Origin: Pseudomonadota bacterium
GTDB taxonomy: Bacteria > Pseudomonadota > Alphaproteobacteria > Caulobacterales > Caulobacteraceae
Length of the DNA stretch: 64,000 nucleotides
NCBI GenBank assembly: GCA_023451375.1
Contig: JAEXZS010000097.1
Span: forward strand, 71,525 to 135,524
Direction: 5' to 3'
Under the pieces are notes generated by a model. That model did not search any database and was not told the origin of the DNA. It saw nothing but the letters and a program-made list of their open reading frames with translations. Shown in pieces: positions 27,002-36,113 of the stretch (the stretch's first letter is position 1; each line of letters starts with the position of its first letter). Made by a program: the position numbers and the translations under genes.

Positions 27002-27592
27002 ATGACCCTGCGATTCCTGACCACCCCGCGATTCCTGGCCCCGCGATTCTTGGCCCCGCGATTTCTGGCCCTGAGCGCCTCCGCCCTGATCGTCGCCGCC
27101 TGCGGGCACACGCCCGTCAGCTATGAGGAGACGTCGCTGGCCGCCGCGCGCGCCGCCGACAACGTCGCCACGCCGGGCACGCAGGAGGGCTGGGACGCCG
27201 GCAACCGCGCCTATCTGGCCTGGAACGGCGCGCGGCGCGGCTGGACCACCACCGAGAGCGGGCTGCAGTACCGCCGCGTCGGCAAGGCGCATCCCGACGC
27301 GGCCCGGCCGGCGGCGACCGACACGGTCAAGGTGCACTATCGCGGGACCTTCATCAACGGGCGGGAGTTCGACAGCTCCTATGCGCGCAACGAGCCGGCG
27401 ACCTTCCCGCTCGACCGGGTCATCAAGGGCTGGACCGAGGGCGTGGCCCTGATGCGCGTCGGCGAGACCTTCGAGTTCGTCATCCCCTCGGACCTAGCCT
27501 ACGGTTCGCGCTGGGTGGGCGGCGACGAACTGCCGCCGAACTCGACCCTGCGATTCACCGTCGAGCTGCTCGAGGTCAACCCGGCCGGCTGA
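27002..27592 (+). CDS. FKBP-type peptidyl-prolyl isomerase lipoprotein
   Basis: Lipobox IVAAC; ESGLQY, VHYRGTF, EFDSS, VIKGWTEG, LAYG, PPNSTL. Confidence 0.92.
   Translation: MTLRFLTTPRFLAPRFLAPRFLALSASALIVAACGHTPVSYEETSLAAARAADNVATPGTQEGWDAGNRAYLAWNGARRGWTTTESGLQYRRVGKAHPDAARPAATDTVKVHYRGTFINGREFDSSYARNEPATFPLDRVIKGWTEGVALMRVGETFEFVIPSDLAYGSRWVGGDELPPNSTLRFTVELLEVNPAG
27006..27071 (+). repeat. Coding 15-bp tandem repeat (RFLAP units) in the FKBP signal peptide
   Basis: CCCCGCGATTYYTGG x3 plus a degenerate first copy. Confidence 0.85.
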
Positions 27593-27647
27593 CGGACAGT
27601 CGGTCGCGGCGTGGAACGGGGCGGACGCCCTTGCCGTTGACGCCGCC

Positions 27648-28655
27648 ATGATCCGCATCCTCGTCCCCGCCGCCATCGCGCTGATGTCCCTGCCCGCCGC
27701 CGCGCAGGAACGGCCGACCTACGGATCCCGGCTGGAGGGGTACGACTATCCCCACCCGGTGCGGGTCCACGCCTTCGAGAGCCAGCGCCAGCCGCTGGAG
27801 ATGACCTATATGGACGTGGCGCCGACGGGCCCGGCCAACGGGCGGACGGCGCTGCTGCTGCACGGCAAGAACTTCTGCGCCGCCACCTGGGCGCCGACCA
27901 TCGCCGTGCTGGCCCAGGCGGGCTTCCGCGTCGTCGCCGTCGACCAGATCGGCTTCTGCAAGGCGTCCAAGCCGACCGGCTATCAGTTCAGCCTGCCGCA
28001 GCTGGCGGCGAACACCAAGGGGCTGCTGAACGCGCTGGGCGTGGAGAAGGCGGTCGTGGTCGGCCATTCGATGGGCGGCATGCTGGGCGCGCGCTTCGCC
28101 ATCCAGCATCCGGAGGCGGTCGAGCGGCTGGTGCTGGTCAATCCGATCGGGCTGGAGGACTGGCAGGCCGAGGGCGTGCCGTTTGCGACAATGGACGCGG
28201 CCTTCGCCGGCGAACGCCGCACCACCTTCGACAGCATCAAGGCCTATCAGCAGCGCGTCTATTACGACGGCGACTGGCGGCCGGAGTACGATGCGCCGGT
28301 CGAGATGCTGGCGGGCATGTACGCCGGTCCGGGCGGCGAGATCGTCGCCTGGAACCAGGCCCAGACCTCGGACATGATCTTCACCCAGCCGGTGGTGCAC
28401 GAGTTCGGCCGCATCGCCGCGCCGACGACCCTGATCATCGGCGGGACCGACCGCACCGCGCCGGGCGCCAACCGCGCGCCGGAAGCGGTCCAGGCCAGGC
28501 TGGGCCTCTATCCCGAACTGGGGCGGCGGGCGGCCGAGGCGATCCCGAACGCGGAACTGGTGCTGTTCGACGACCTTGGCCACGCGCCGCAGACCGAGGA
28601 TCCGGAGCGGTTTCACCGCGCCCTGCTGGAGGCGCTGGCCGGTCCCGAGGGTTGA
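27648..28655 (+). CDS. Secreted alpha/beta hydrolase
   Basis: Signal peptide; LLHGKNF, DQIGFCK, GHSMGG, LGHAP. Confidence 0.88.
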   Translation: MIRILVPAAIALMSLPAAAQERPTYGSRLEGYDYPHPVRVHAFESQRQPLEMTYMDVAPTGPANGRTALLLHGKNFCAATWAPTIAVLAQAGFRVVAVDQIGFCKASKPTGYQFSLPQLAANTKGLLNALGVEKAVVVGHSMGGMLGARFAIQHPEAVERLVLVNPIGLEDWQAEGVPFATMDAAFAGERRTTFDSIKAYQQRVYYDGDWRPEYDAPVEMLAGMYAGPGGEIVAWNQAQTSDMIFTQPVVHEFGRIAAPTTLIIGGTDRTAPGANRAPEAVQARLGLYPELGRRAAEAIPNAELVLFDDLGHAPQTEDPERFHRALLEALAGPEG

Positions 28656-28710
28656 CGCCGGAACACGTGCGGCGGACTGTCGCGGCTTCGCGTCAGCCTG
28701 AGAGTATCCG

Positions 28711-30663
28711 ATGCCCCTATCCCGCCTGAGCGCCGGCCTCGCCGTCCTTCTCCTGGTTTCGACCGCGCCGGCGGCCCTGGCTCAGGGCGGACCCGGCGCC
28801 GCGCCGCCCGCCCTGCCGATCACCCTGCCGCCCATTCCGGCGGTGCGGGACGCACCCTATCCGGGCGTGATCACGCTTGAGGTGGACGCCACCAACCTGG
28901 GCCAGCACATCTTCGCCGTGACCGAGACCATCCCGGTGGCGCAGGCCGGACCGATGGTGCTGTTCTTCCCCGAATGGCTGCCGGGCAACCACGGGCCCGT
29001 CGGGCCGGTGCGCCAACTGGGCGGGCTGGAGATCACCGCCAACGGCCAGCGGGTTGAGTGGGTGCGCGACACCCTGCAGCCGTTCGCCTACCACATCGAG
29101 GTTCCGGCGGGCGCGACCGAGATCGTGGCGCGGTTCCAGCACCTGTCGCCGACCGACGGCGCCCAGGGCCGCATCACCATGACGCCCGAGATGCTGAACA
29201 TCCAGTGGGAGAAGATGCTGCTGTACCCGGCCGGTCACTGGTCGCGGAACATCACCCTGCGGCCCAGCGTCAAACTGCCGACCGGCTGGCGGTTCGGCAC
29301 GGCGCTGGAGCCCGAGACGAAGGAAGGCGACGTCCAGACCTTCAAGCCGGTGAACCTGGAGGTGCTGATCGACAGCCCGATGTTCGCGGGGCTGCATTAC
29401 CGCCAGGTCGACCTGGATCCGGGCGGCCGCTCGCCGGTGCGCGCGAACCTCGTCGCCGACAAGCCCGAAAGCCTGGAGGCCACCGAGGCGCAGATCCAGA
29501 TCCTGCGCGACATGGTCGACCAGTTCGACCGGCTGTACGGCGCGCGGCACTTTGACCGCTACGACTTCCTGATCGCCATGACCGACAAGCTGGGCGGCAT
29601 CGGGCTGGAACATCACCGCAGTTCGGAGAACTCGGTCGATCCGGCGTTCTTCACCGGCTGGGACACGCACCTGGGCGACCGCGACCTGATGCCGCACGAG
29701 ATGAACCACTCCTGGGACGGCAAGTGGCGACGACCCGCCGACCAGTATACGCCCAACTTCAACACCCCGCTGCAGAACAGCCTGCTGTGGGTCTATGAAG
29801 GTCAGACGCAGTACTACGGCCAGGTGATCGCGGCGCGGTCGGGCCTGCTGACCAAGCAGCAGGCGATGGACAGCCTGGCGATGACGGGGGCCACCTTCGA
29901 CGCCCGCGTGGGGCGCGAATGGCGCGCGATGCAGGACACCACCAACGATCCGATCATCAGCCAGCGGCGGCCCAAGGCCTGGCTGAGCTGGCAGCGGGAC
30001 GAGGACTATTATTCCGAGGGCCAGCTGATCTGGCTGGACGTCGACACCCTGATCCGCGAGCGGACCAATGGCCGCAAGTCGCTGGATGACTTCGCCAGGG
30101 CCTTCTACGGCGTCGAGGAAGGCAGCTATGACGCCAAGCCCTACACCTTCGAGGACGTTGTCGCGGCGCTGAACGGCGTGGTGGAGAACGACTGGGCCGC
30201 CTTCCTGCGCACGCGTCTCGACGGGCATGGACCCGGCGCGCCGCTGGGCGGATTGGCGCGGGGCGGCTGGCGGCTGGTCTATCGCGAGACGCCGAGCGAC
30301 TACCAGAAGACCCTGTACAAGGAGCTGAAGCGCAACGACTTCACCTACTCGCTGGGCATCCAGACGGGCGATGCGAACAACATCCGCAGCGTCCAGTGGA
30401 ACAGCCCGGCCTTCAAGGCGGGCCTGGCGCCGGGCATGGAGGTCGTGGCGGTGAACGGTCGCGCCGCCGACGCCGACCGCATCGCCGAGGCCATTACCGC
30501 GGCCAAGGATCCGGCGGCGAAGGTGGAGATGATCGTCAAGGACGGCGACCAGTACCGCACCGTGCTCTTCGACTACCACGACGGCCTGCGCTATCCGCAC
30601 CTGGAGCGGATCGAGGGGACCCCGGACCGCCTGGGCGACATTCTGACGCCCCGTCGGCGGTGA
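28711..30663 (+). CDS. M61 glycyl aminopeptidase with C-terminal PDZ (paralog 1)
   Basis: Signal peptide; WLPG, GLEHHRS, HEMNHSW, LWVYEGQT. Confidence 0.9.
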   Translation: MPLSRLSAGLAVLLLVSTAPAALAQGGPGAAPPALPITLPPIPAVRDAPYPGVITLEVDATNLGQHIFAVTETIPVAQAGPMVLFFPEWLPGNHGPVGPVRQLGGLEITANGQRVEWVRDTLQPFAYHIEVPAGATEIVARFQHLSPTDGAQGRITMTPEMLNIQWEKMLLYPAGHWSRNITLRPSVKLPTGWRFGTALEPETKEGDVQTFKPVNLEVLIDSPMFAGLHYRQVDLDPGGRSPVRANLVADKPESLEATEAQIQILRDMVDQFDRLYGARHFDRYDFLIAMTDKLGGIGLEHHRSSENSVDPAFFTGWDTHLGDRDLMPHEMNHSWDGKWRRPADQYTPNFNTPLQNSLLWVYEGQTQYYGQVIAARSGLLTKQQAMDSLAMTGATFDARVGREWRAMQDTTNDPIISQRRPKAWLSWQRDEDYYSEGQLIWLDVDTLIRERTNGRKSLDDFARAFYGVEEGSYDAKPYTFEDVVAALNGVVENDWAAFLRTRLDGHGPGAPLGGLARGGWRLVYRETPSDYQKTLYKELKRNDFTYSLGIQTGDANNIRSVQWNSPAFKAGLAPGMEVVAVNGRAADADRIAEAITAAKDPAAKVEMIVKDGDQYRTVLFDYHDGLRYPHLERIEGTPDRLGDILTPRRR

Positions 30664-30730
30664 CCGCGGGTTGACGAAGGGGAGGCGCGCGGTCGAGGTT
30701 GCGCCTCCACTCTTCAGTCCGGATGCCTCG

Positions 30731-32704
30731 ATGTCGCGTACACGCCTGACCGCCGCCTGCCTCGCCGCCCTGATCTGCGGCGCCGCCTCGCCGGTTCTGG
30801 CGCAGACCTTCCAGTCCAGCCCGGTGGTGACCGATCCGACCCAGGCCGCCCTGGCCCTGCCCCGGCCGCAGCCGGCCATCCCGGCGCCGGTGGACCGGCC
30901 GTATCCCGGCGTCATCCAGTACCGCGCCGACGTCAGCGACCTGGACCGCCGCATCATCCAGGTCGAGCAGACCATTCCCGTCCCCCAGGTCGGTCCGCTG
31001 ACGCTGCTCTATCCGAAATACCTGCCGGGCAATCACGCCGCCACCGGGCCGATCCAGCTGCTGTCGGGCCTGAGCGTGACGGCGAACGGCCAGCGCATCG
31101 AATGGGTGCGCGACACACTGGACCCTTACGCCTTTCACCTGGACATCCCGGCGGGCGTGTCGGCCGTCCAGGTGCGGTTCCAGTGGCTGACGCAGCCCCC
31201 CGGCCAGTGGCGGGTGGTGCAGGCGCCGTCGATGCTGAACATGCAGTGGGAGAAGGCCATCCTTTATCCCGCCGGCTATTTCGCGAACCGCATCGCGGTG
31301 GCCCCATCGATCCGCCTGCCCGAGGGCTGGGGTCACGGCGCAGCGCTGGAGACGACGGGAACGGACGGCCAGTGGGTCAGCTTCGCCGAGACCGACCTTT
31401 ACACCCTGATCGACAGCCCCCTGTTCGCGGGCGCGCACCACAGGCGGATCGACATAGACCCCAGCGGCGACGACGTGTGGCTGAACCTGTTCGGCGACGA
31501 GGCGAAGAACATCCAGCCCAGCGAGGAGCAGCTGGGTTTCTACGAGAGCATGGTGACCCAGACCGATCGTCTGTTCGGCGCGCGCCATTTCGACAAGTAC
31601 GAGTTCCTGTTCGGCCTGACCGACCAGATGGGCGGCATCGGGCTGGAGCACCACCGCAGTTCCGAAAACACCTCGGCGCCGGACTTCTTCACCGACTGGA
31701 AGAAGAGCGCGGGGGACCGGGCCCTGCTGCCGCACGAGTACGCGCACTCGTGGAACGGCAAGTTCATGCGGCCCGCCGACGAGCTGACCGCCAACCATAA
31801 CGTCCCGACCCAGAACACCCTGCTGTGGGTCTATGAGGGGCAGACGGAATACTGGGGCGACGTGCTGGCGGCGCGGTCGGGCCTGCATCCGATGGAAGAG
31901 GCGCGGGCGCTGCTGGCCACCGTCGCCGCCTTCTACGACAACCAGCCGGGACGCCAGTGGCGGCCGTTGCAGGACACCAACAACCACAATCTGCTGGGCT
32001 ACCGCGTGCCGGGCCAGTGGACCTCGTGGATGCGGGGGACCGGCGACTATTACCGCGAGAGCCTGCTGATCTGGCTGGACGCCGACACGCTGATCCGCGA
32101 GGCGACGAACAACCGGCGCTCGCTGGATGACTTCGCCAAGCGCTTCTTCGGACATGGCGACGGATCGTGGACGCCGCAGGGCTATACCTTCGAGGACGTG
32201 GTGGCGGCGCTGAACGCGGTGCATCCCCACGACTGGACCGGCTTCCTGCGCGAGCGGCTGGACGCGGCGGGGCCGACGGCGACCGCGCCGCTGGCGGGGA
32301 TCGAGCGGGCCGGATACCGCCTGACCTACACGGATACGCTGACCGATGTCGAAAAGGCCGTGCAGAGCGGCTGGGCCAACGACTTCCAGTATTCGCTGGG
32401 CTTCACCCTGTCGGGCGACAGGATCAACAGCGTGCGCTGGGGCGGCCCCGCGTTCGAACAGGGCATCGGCGCGGGCTGGACCCTGGTGGCGGTGAACGGC
32501 GAGGCGGGCTCGGCCGAGGTTCTGCGCGAGGCGGTGACGGCGGCCAAGGGGACGGACGCGCCGATCGAATTGCTGGTCAAGACCGGCGATCGGTTCCGGA
32601 CCGTCGCCTTCGACTACCACGACGGCCTGCGCTATCCGCGGCTGGAGCGGGTCGAGGGGACGCGGGATCGGCTGGCGGACATCTACGCGCCGAGACGGCG
32701 GTAG
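30731..32704 (+). CDS. M61 glycyl aminopeptidase with C-terminal PDZ (paralog 2)
   Basis: Signal peptide; YLPG, GLEHHRS, HEYAHSW, LWVYEGQT. Confidence 0.9.
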   Translation: MSRTRLTAACLAALICGAASPVLAQTFQSSPVVTDPTQAALALPRPQPAIPAPVDRPYPGVIQYRADVSDLDRRIIQVEQTIPVPQVGPLTLLYPKYLPGNHAATGPIQLLSGLSVTANGQRIEWVRDTLDPYAFHLDIPAGVSAVQVRFQWLTQPPGQWRVVQAPSMLNMQWEKAILYPAGYFANRIAVAPSIRLPEGWGHGAALETTGTDGQWVSFAETDLYTLIDSPLFAGAHHRRIDIDPSGDDVWLNLFGDEAKNIQPSEEQLGFYESMVTQTDRLFGARHFDKYEFLFGLTDQMGGIGLEHHRSSENTSAPDFFTDWKKSAGDRALLPHEYAHSWNGKFMRPADELTANHNVPTQNTLLWVYEGQTEYWGDVLAARSGLHPMEEARALLATVAAFYDNQPGRQWRPLQDTNNHNLLGYRVPGQWTSWMRGTGDYYRESLLIWLDADTLIREATNNRRSLDDFAKRFFGHGDGSWTPQGYTFEDVVAALNAVHPHDWTGFLRERLDAAGPTATAPLAGIERAGYRLTYTDTLTDVEKAVQSGWANDFQYSLGFTLSGDRINSVRWGGPAFEQGIGAGWTLVAVNGEAGSAEVLREAVTAAKGTDAPIELLVKTGDRFRTVAFDYHDGLRYPRLERVEGTRDRLADIYAPRRR

Positions 32705-32710
32705 GGCGGA

Positions 32711-32739
32711 CACGTCCCTCCGTCGGACGGAGGGACGTG
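32711..32739. terminator. Perfect 13-bp hairpin between convergent genes
   Basis: CACGTCCCTCCGT-cgg-ACGGAGGGACGTG; no clear U tract. Confidence 0.55.
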
Positions 32740-32746
32740 CGAGGCC

Positions 32747-33130
32747 TCAGCGCTTGTCCAGGCTCCAGGCGCCGGGACCGGCGGTGAAGAGGTACAGGAA
32801 GACGAAACAGAACAGGATGGCCGCGTCGCCGCCGTTGGCCGCCGGATAGGGGCTGCTGGGGAAGTGGAACATCCAGTAGGCGACGGCCATCTGGCCCGAG
32901 GCGATGAAGGCGGCCGGACGGGTGAACAGGCCCAGCACCAGCAGACCGCCGGTCACCAGTTCAATGATCGCGCCGACGCCCATCAGGGAGGCGATCTCGA
33001 CCTCGCCGGGCTGGGCGCCTTCGGGGAAGCCGAACAGCTTGACGATCCCGTGGGCCAGGAACAGCAGGCCCGCCACGATGCGCAGGGCCGCCAGGGCGCG
33101 CGGCGACCAGCCGCTGACCGATCTAGCCAT
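32747..33130 (-). CDS. DoxX family membrane protein
   Basis: LRIVAGLLFLAHG..KLFG, LGLFTRPAA, GPGAWSLD. Confidence 0.9.
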   Translation of the reverse strand: MARSVSGWSPRALAALRIVAGLLFLAHGIVKLFGFPEGAQPGEVEIASLMGVGAIIELVTGGLLVLGLFTRPAAFIASGQMAVAYWMFHFPSSPYPAANGGDAAILFCFVFLYLFTAGPGAWSLDKR

Positions 33131-33217
33131 GTCGATTTTCTCCTTCCCCAGGTCGCGGACGCCCGCACGGGGCCGTCCGGCCAAGCCAAGCTTGACCGGA
33201 CAGGTTGATCCCAAAAC

Positions 33218-33931
33218 TCAGGCGGCGTCCACCAGCACGATCTCGGCGTCCGACAGCGCCTTGACGGTGACGACCTCCTCCTGGGCGATGGCGGCGCCGT
33301 CGCGGGCGTTCAGACGAACACCATTGACCTCGACCTCGCCCTTGGCGGGCACCAGATAGGCGCGGCGCGTCGAGCCCAGCGGATAGTCGGCGCGGTCGCC
33401 GGCCTTCAGCGTCGCCGCCACGACCCGGGCGTCGGTGCGGATCGGCAAGGCGTCCCCCCCGCCCTCAATCGTGTCCGCCTCGAAGCCGGAGGCCAGGACC
33501 ACGAACTGGCCGGAACGCTCGCCCTTGGGGAAGGGCTTGGAGCCCCAGCTGGGCTTCTCGCCGCGCTTGGTCGGCTCGATCCAGATCTGGAAGATGCGGG
33601 TCAGGTCGGGCTCGGCGTTGTATTCGGCGTGGCGGATGCCGGTGCCCGCGCTCATCACCTGGACGTCGCCGGCGACGGTGCGGCCCTTGTTGCCCAGGCT
33701 GTCCTCATGGCTGATCGCGCCTTCGCGGACGTAGGTGATGATCTCCATGTCGGCATGGGGGTGCGGCGGGAAGCCCGCGCCCGCGGCGATCTCGTCGTCG
33801 TTCCAGACGCGCAGATTGCCCCAGCTCATCCGCTTGGGATCGTAATAGTTGGCGAAAGAGAAGTGGTGTTTGGCGTTGAGCCAGCCGTGGTCGGCGCCGC
33901 CCAGGCCTTCGAAGGGTCTGCGTTCGATCAT
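33218..33931 (-). CDS. Pirin family protein (YhhW-like)
   Basis: HGWLNAKHHFSF, HPHADMEI, MSAGTGIRHAE, QIWI. Confidence 0.93.
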   Translation of the reverse strand: MIERRPFEGLGGADHGWLNAKHHFSFANYYDPKRMSWGNLRVWNDDEIAAGAGFPPHPHADMEIITYVREGAISHEDSLGNKGRTVAGDVQVMSAGTGIRHAEYNAEPDLTRIFQIWIEPTKRGEKPSWGSKPFPKGERSGQFVVLASGFEADTIEGGGDALPIRTDARVVAATLKAGDRADYPLGSTRRAYLVPAKGEVEVNGVRLNARDGAAIAQEEVVTVKALSDAEIVLVDAA

Positions 33932-34042
33932 GGTTCGGTCCTCCGCGCCGGACCGTTCCGGCGCTGTTGCTTGACGCCAAGATAGAGATCGGCGACCGAA
34001 CAGAAATAGAAACAGCCGAAACTCATCGTTTCCGGAGGAGCC

Positions 34043-34969
34043 ATGTCGCGCCTGCCTGATCTCGAGGCCCTGGCCATCTTCGCCAGGGTGGCGGAAACCC
34101 AGTCCTTCTCCGGCGCGGCCGAGGCGCTGGGGCTGTCCAAGGCGACGGTGTCCAAGGCGGTGACGCGGCTGGAGCGGCAGTTGAAGACCACCCTGCTGCA
34201 CCGGACCTCGCGACGCTTCTCCCTGACCGATGCGGGCCGGACGCTGGCGGCGCGGGCGGCGCACATGCTGGCCGAGGCGGAAGGGGCGGTCAGCGAGGCG
34301 CTGGACATGTCGGTGACGCCGCGAGGACTGGTGCGGCTGGCCGCTCCCATGTCGTTCGGCATGGCCTATGTGGCGCCGGCCCTGCCGGAGTTCCTGGCGC
34401 GGCACCCGGACGTGTCGATCGACCTGCACCTGTCGGACGAGGTGGTCGACCTGGTGGGCGGCGGGTTCGACTGCGCCCTGCGGATCGCCGCCCTGCCCGA
34501 TTCCTCTCTGACGGCGCGCAGGCTGCGCCCGGTCGAGCGGCTCCTGGTGGCTTCACCCGACTACCTGGCCCAGCGCGGACGGCCGGTCCATCCGCGGGAC
34601 CTGGAGCGCCACGCCTGCCTGAGCTACGCCTATATGCCGACCCCGGACGCCTGGCGCTTCGTCAACGCCGCGGGCGAGGAGGTCGTGGTGCGTCCGCGCG
34701 GGCCGCTGAGGGCGAACAACTCCGACGCCCTGACCGCGTCGCTGTGCGCGGGGCTGGGCCTGTTTCCCCAGCCGGACTTCATCGCCTGGAAGGACATCGC
34801 CCAGGGCAAGCTGCAGGCGGTGATGACCGACTGGCGCCTGCCGCCCATCGGCCTGCACCTGGTCGCGCCCAGCAGCGGGCCGCGACCGGCCCGCGTGGCG
34901 GCCCTGATGGACCATCTGGCCCGGACGTTCAGCGGCCCGCTGTGGCCCGGCGACACGGCCGGGCGCTGA
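34043..34969 (+). CDS. LysR family transcriptional regulator, divergent from pirin
   Basis: HTH SFSGAAEALGLSKATVSKAVTRLE, RTSRR, LTDAG. Confidence 0.93.
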   Translation: MSRLPDLEALAIFARVAETQSFSGAAEALGLSKATVSKAVTRLERQLKTTLLHRTSRRFSLTDAGRTLAARAAHMLAEAEGAVSEALDMSVTPRGLVRLAAPMSFGMAYVAPALPEFLARHPDVSIDLHLSDEVVDLVGGGFDCALRIAALPDSSLTARRLRPVERLLVASPDYLAQRGRPVHPRDLERHACLSYAYMPTPDAWRFVNAAGEEVVVRPRGPLRANNSDALTASLCAGLGLFPQPDFIAWKDIAQGKLQAVMTDWRLPPIGLHLVAPSSGPRPARVAALMDHLARTFSGPLWPGDTAGR

Positions 34970-34972
34970 CGG

Positions 34973-35281
34973 TCAGCCGCACTTGACCTGGCGGACGACG
35001 CCCGACGGCTCCTCATAGACGAAGTTCACGCGGTTCTCGCGATAGTCCATCGTCGCCGGACAGGTGGTGCACAGGACGCGGAAGATCTGTCCCTGCGGCG
35101 CGGCCGGTATCTCGGAGCGGTTGCGGCCGACATAGGCCTGATAGTCCTCGACCTTGCAGGCCTTGAACGCGGTCTCCGAACCCGGAGCGGGCGCGGGGTC
35201 GGTCCCTTCCATCGGCGCGCAGGCCGACAGGGCCAGGGCGCCGGCGGCCATCAGGGAACCCAGAACGAAGGCGGTCTTCAT
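34973..35281 (-). CDS. Peptidase inhibitor I78-like lipoprotein (paralog 1)
   Basis: Lipobox LSAC; C-terminal TMDYRENRVN...VKCG. Confidence 0.75.
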   Translation of the reverse strand: MKTAFVLGSLMAAGALALSACAPMEGTDPAPAPGSETAFKACKVEDYQAYVGRNRSEIPAAPQGQIFRVLCTTCPATMDYRENRVNFVYEEPSGVVRQVKCG

Positions 35282-35306
35282 GGTCGTCTCCTCATTGCGC
35301 GCCGCG

Positions 35307-35651
35307 TCAGCCGCAGCGCACCTGTTCGATGATGCCGGTGTCCCGGTCGTAGAAGATGTTCAAGCGGTAGGCCGAGAAGTCCTCGTTGATGGCGCAGGTC
35401 GTGCAGGTCACGCGACGGTTCACGACATCGACCGGAACGGGGATCTCGGTGCGCGGTTTCCCGACCAGATGCTGCATTTCGCCCGCCCTGCAGAGATCGG
35501 CGGTCTGGCCCGTGGGCATGCGGCTGCCGACGGGGGGATTCAGTTGCGCCTGCTCCACGGCGCGCGGCGCGGAGTCGTCGGCGGCCGGGGTGGAGGAGCA
35601 GGCGGCCAGGAGGGCGGCGCCGGCCAGGACGATCAGGCCGCCTTTTCCCAG
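35307..35651 (-). CDS. Peptidase inhibitor I78-like lipoprotein (paralog 2); start uncertain
   Basis: Lipobox LAAC; NEDFSAYRLNIFYD...VRCG; no ATG/GTG/TTG near the signal peptide, CTG at 35651. Confidence 0.7.
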   Translation of the reverse strand: MGKGGLIVLAGAALLAACSSTPAADDSAPRAVEQAQLNPPVGSRMPTGQTADLCRAGEMQHLVGKPRTEIPVPVDVVNRRVTCTTCAINEDFSAYRLNIFYDRDTGIIEQVRCG

Positions 35652-36091
35652 CGCCCCTCGTCGGTCTGACGCCAGTAGGCCAGGTCCGCGCCCTGCCCCT
35701 TCAGCGTCCGCCAGCGTTCGCGCGCGCGCTGCAGCGCCGGCTCGTCCCGACCGTCGAAAATGATGAAGCATCGTTCGAACCCTTCCGTGGCGCCCAGTTC
35801 TGCGTCGTCGAGGATGAACAGCGCCTGAGCGCCGTTCAGGTTCTCTCCGGTCTCGCTCAGCAGGACGGGCTGGCGCTCGGCGTGCGGCGCTCCGGCCCGG
35901 CCGTGCGGCAGGAAGCTGTCGTCGCGGTAGGTCCAGAGCGCCTCGTCCATCTCGTCCAGCCGATGCTCGGCCGACGCCTTGACCAGCGCGCGCCAGCCCC
36001 GCTCGAGCGTCTTCTCGAGCAGGGTCGGCAGCACCTGATCCAGCGTCGACCGCTCCAGGTGATAGAACCAGATTTCGGGCTTCTCGCTCAC
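35633..36091 (-). CDS. holC: DNA polymerase III chi subunit
   Basis: WFYHL, LLEKTLERGWRA, LWTYRDDSFLPHG; downstream of pepA. Confidence 0.93.
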   Translation of the reverse strand: MSEKPEIWFYHLERSTLDQVLPTLLEKTLERGWRALVKASAEHRLDEMDEALWTYRDDSFLPHGRAGAPHAERQPVLLSETGENLNGAQALFILDDAELGATEGFERCFIIFDGRDEPALQRARERWRTLKGQGADLAYWRQTDEGRWEKAA

Positions 36092-36113
36092 CCGGCCCTA
36101 CCTTCTCAACGGA

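Noticed and set aside
27006..27071. CRISPR array
   Set aside because: Contiguous 15-bp coding repeats with no spacers and no cas genes
26777..27337. N-terminal extension making the TBDR 1064 aa
   Set aside because: Signal peptide and RBS support the ATG at 26776; the extension overlaps the FKBP gene
28717..32713. 752-aa and 725-aa antisense ORFs over the M61 genes
   Set aside because: Mirror frames of real genes
33932..34429. Extended 403-aa pirin ORF
   Set aside because: Pirin homology begins at MIERRPF (33931); the extension overlaps the LysR gene
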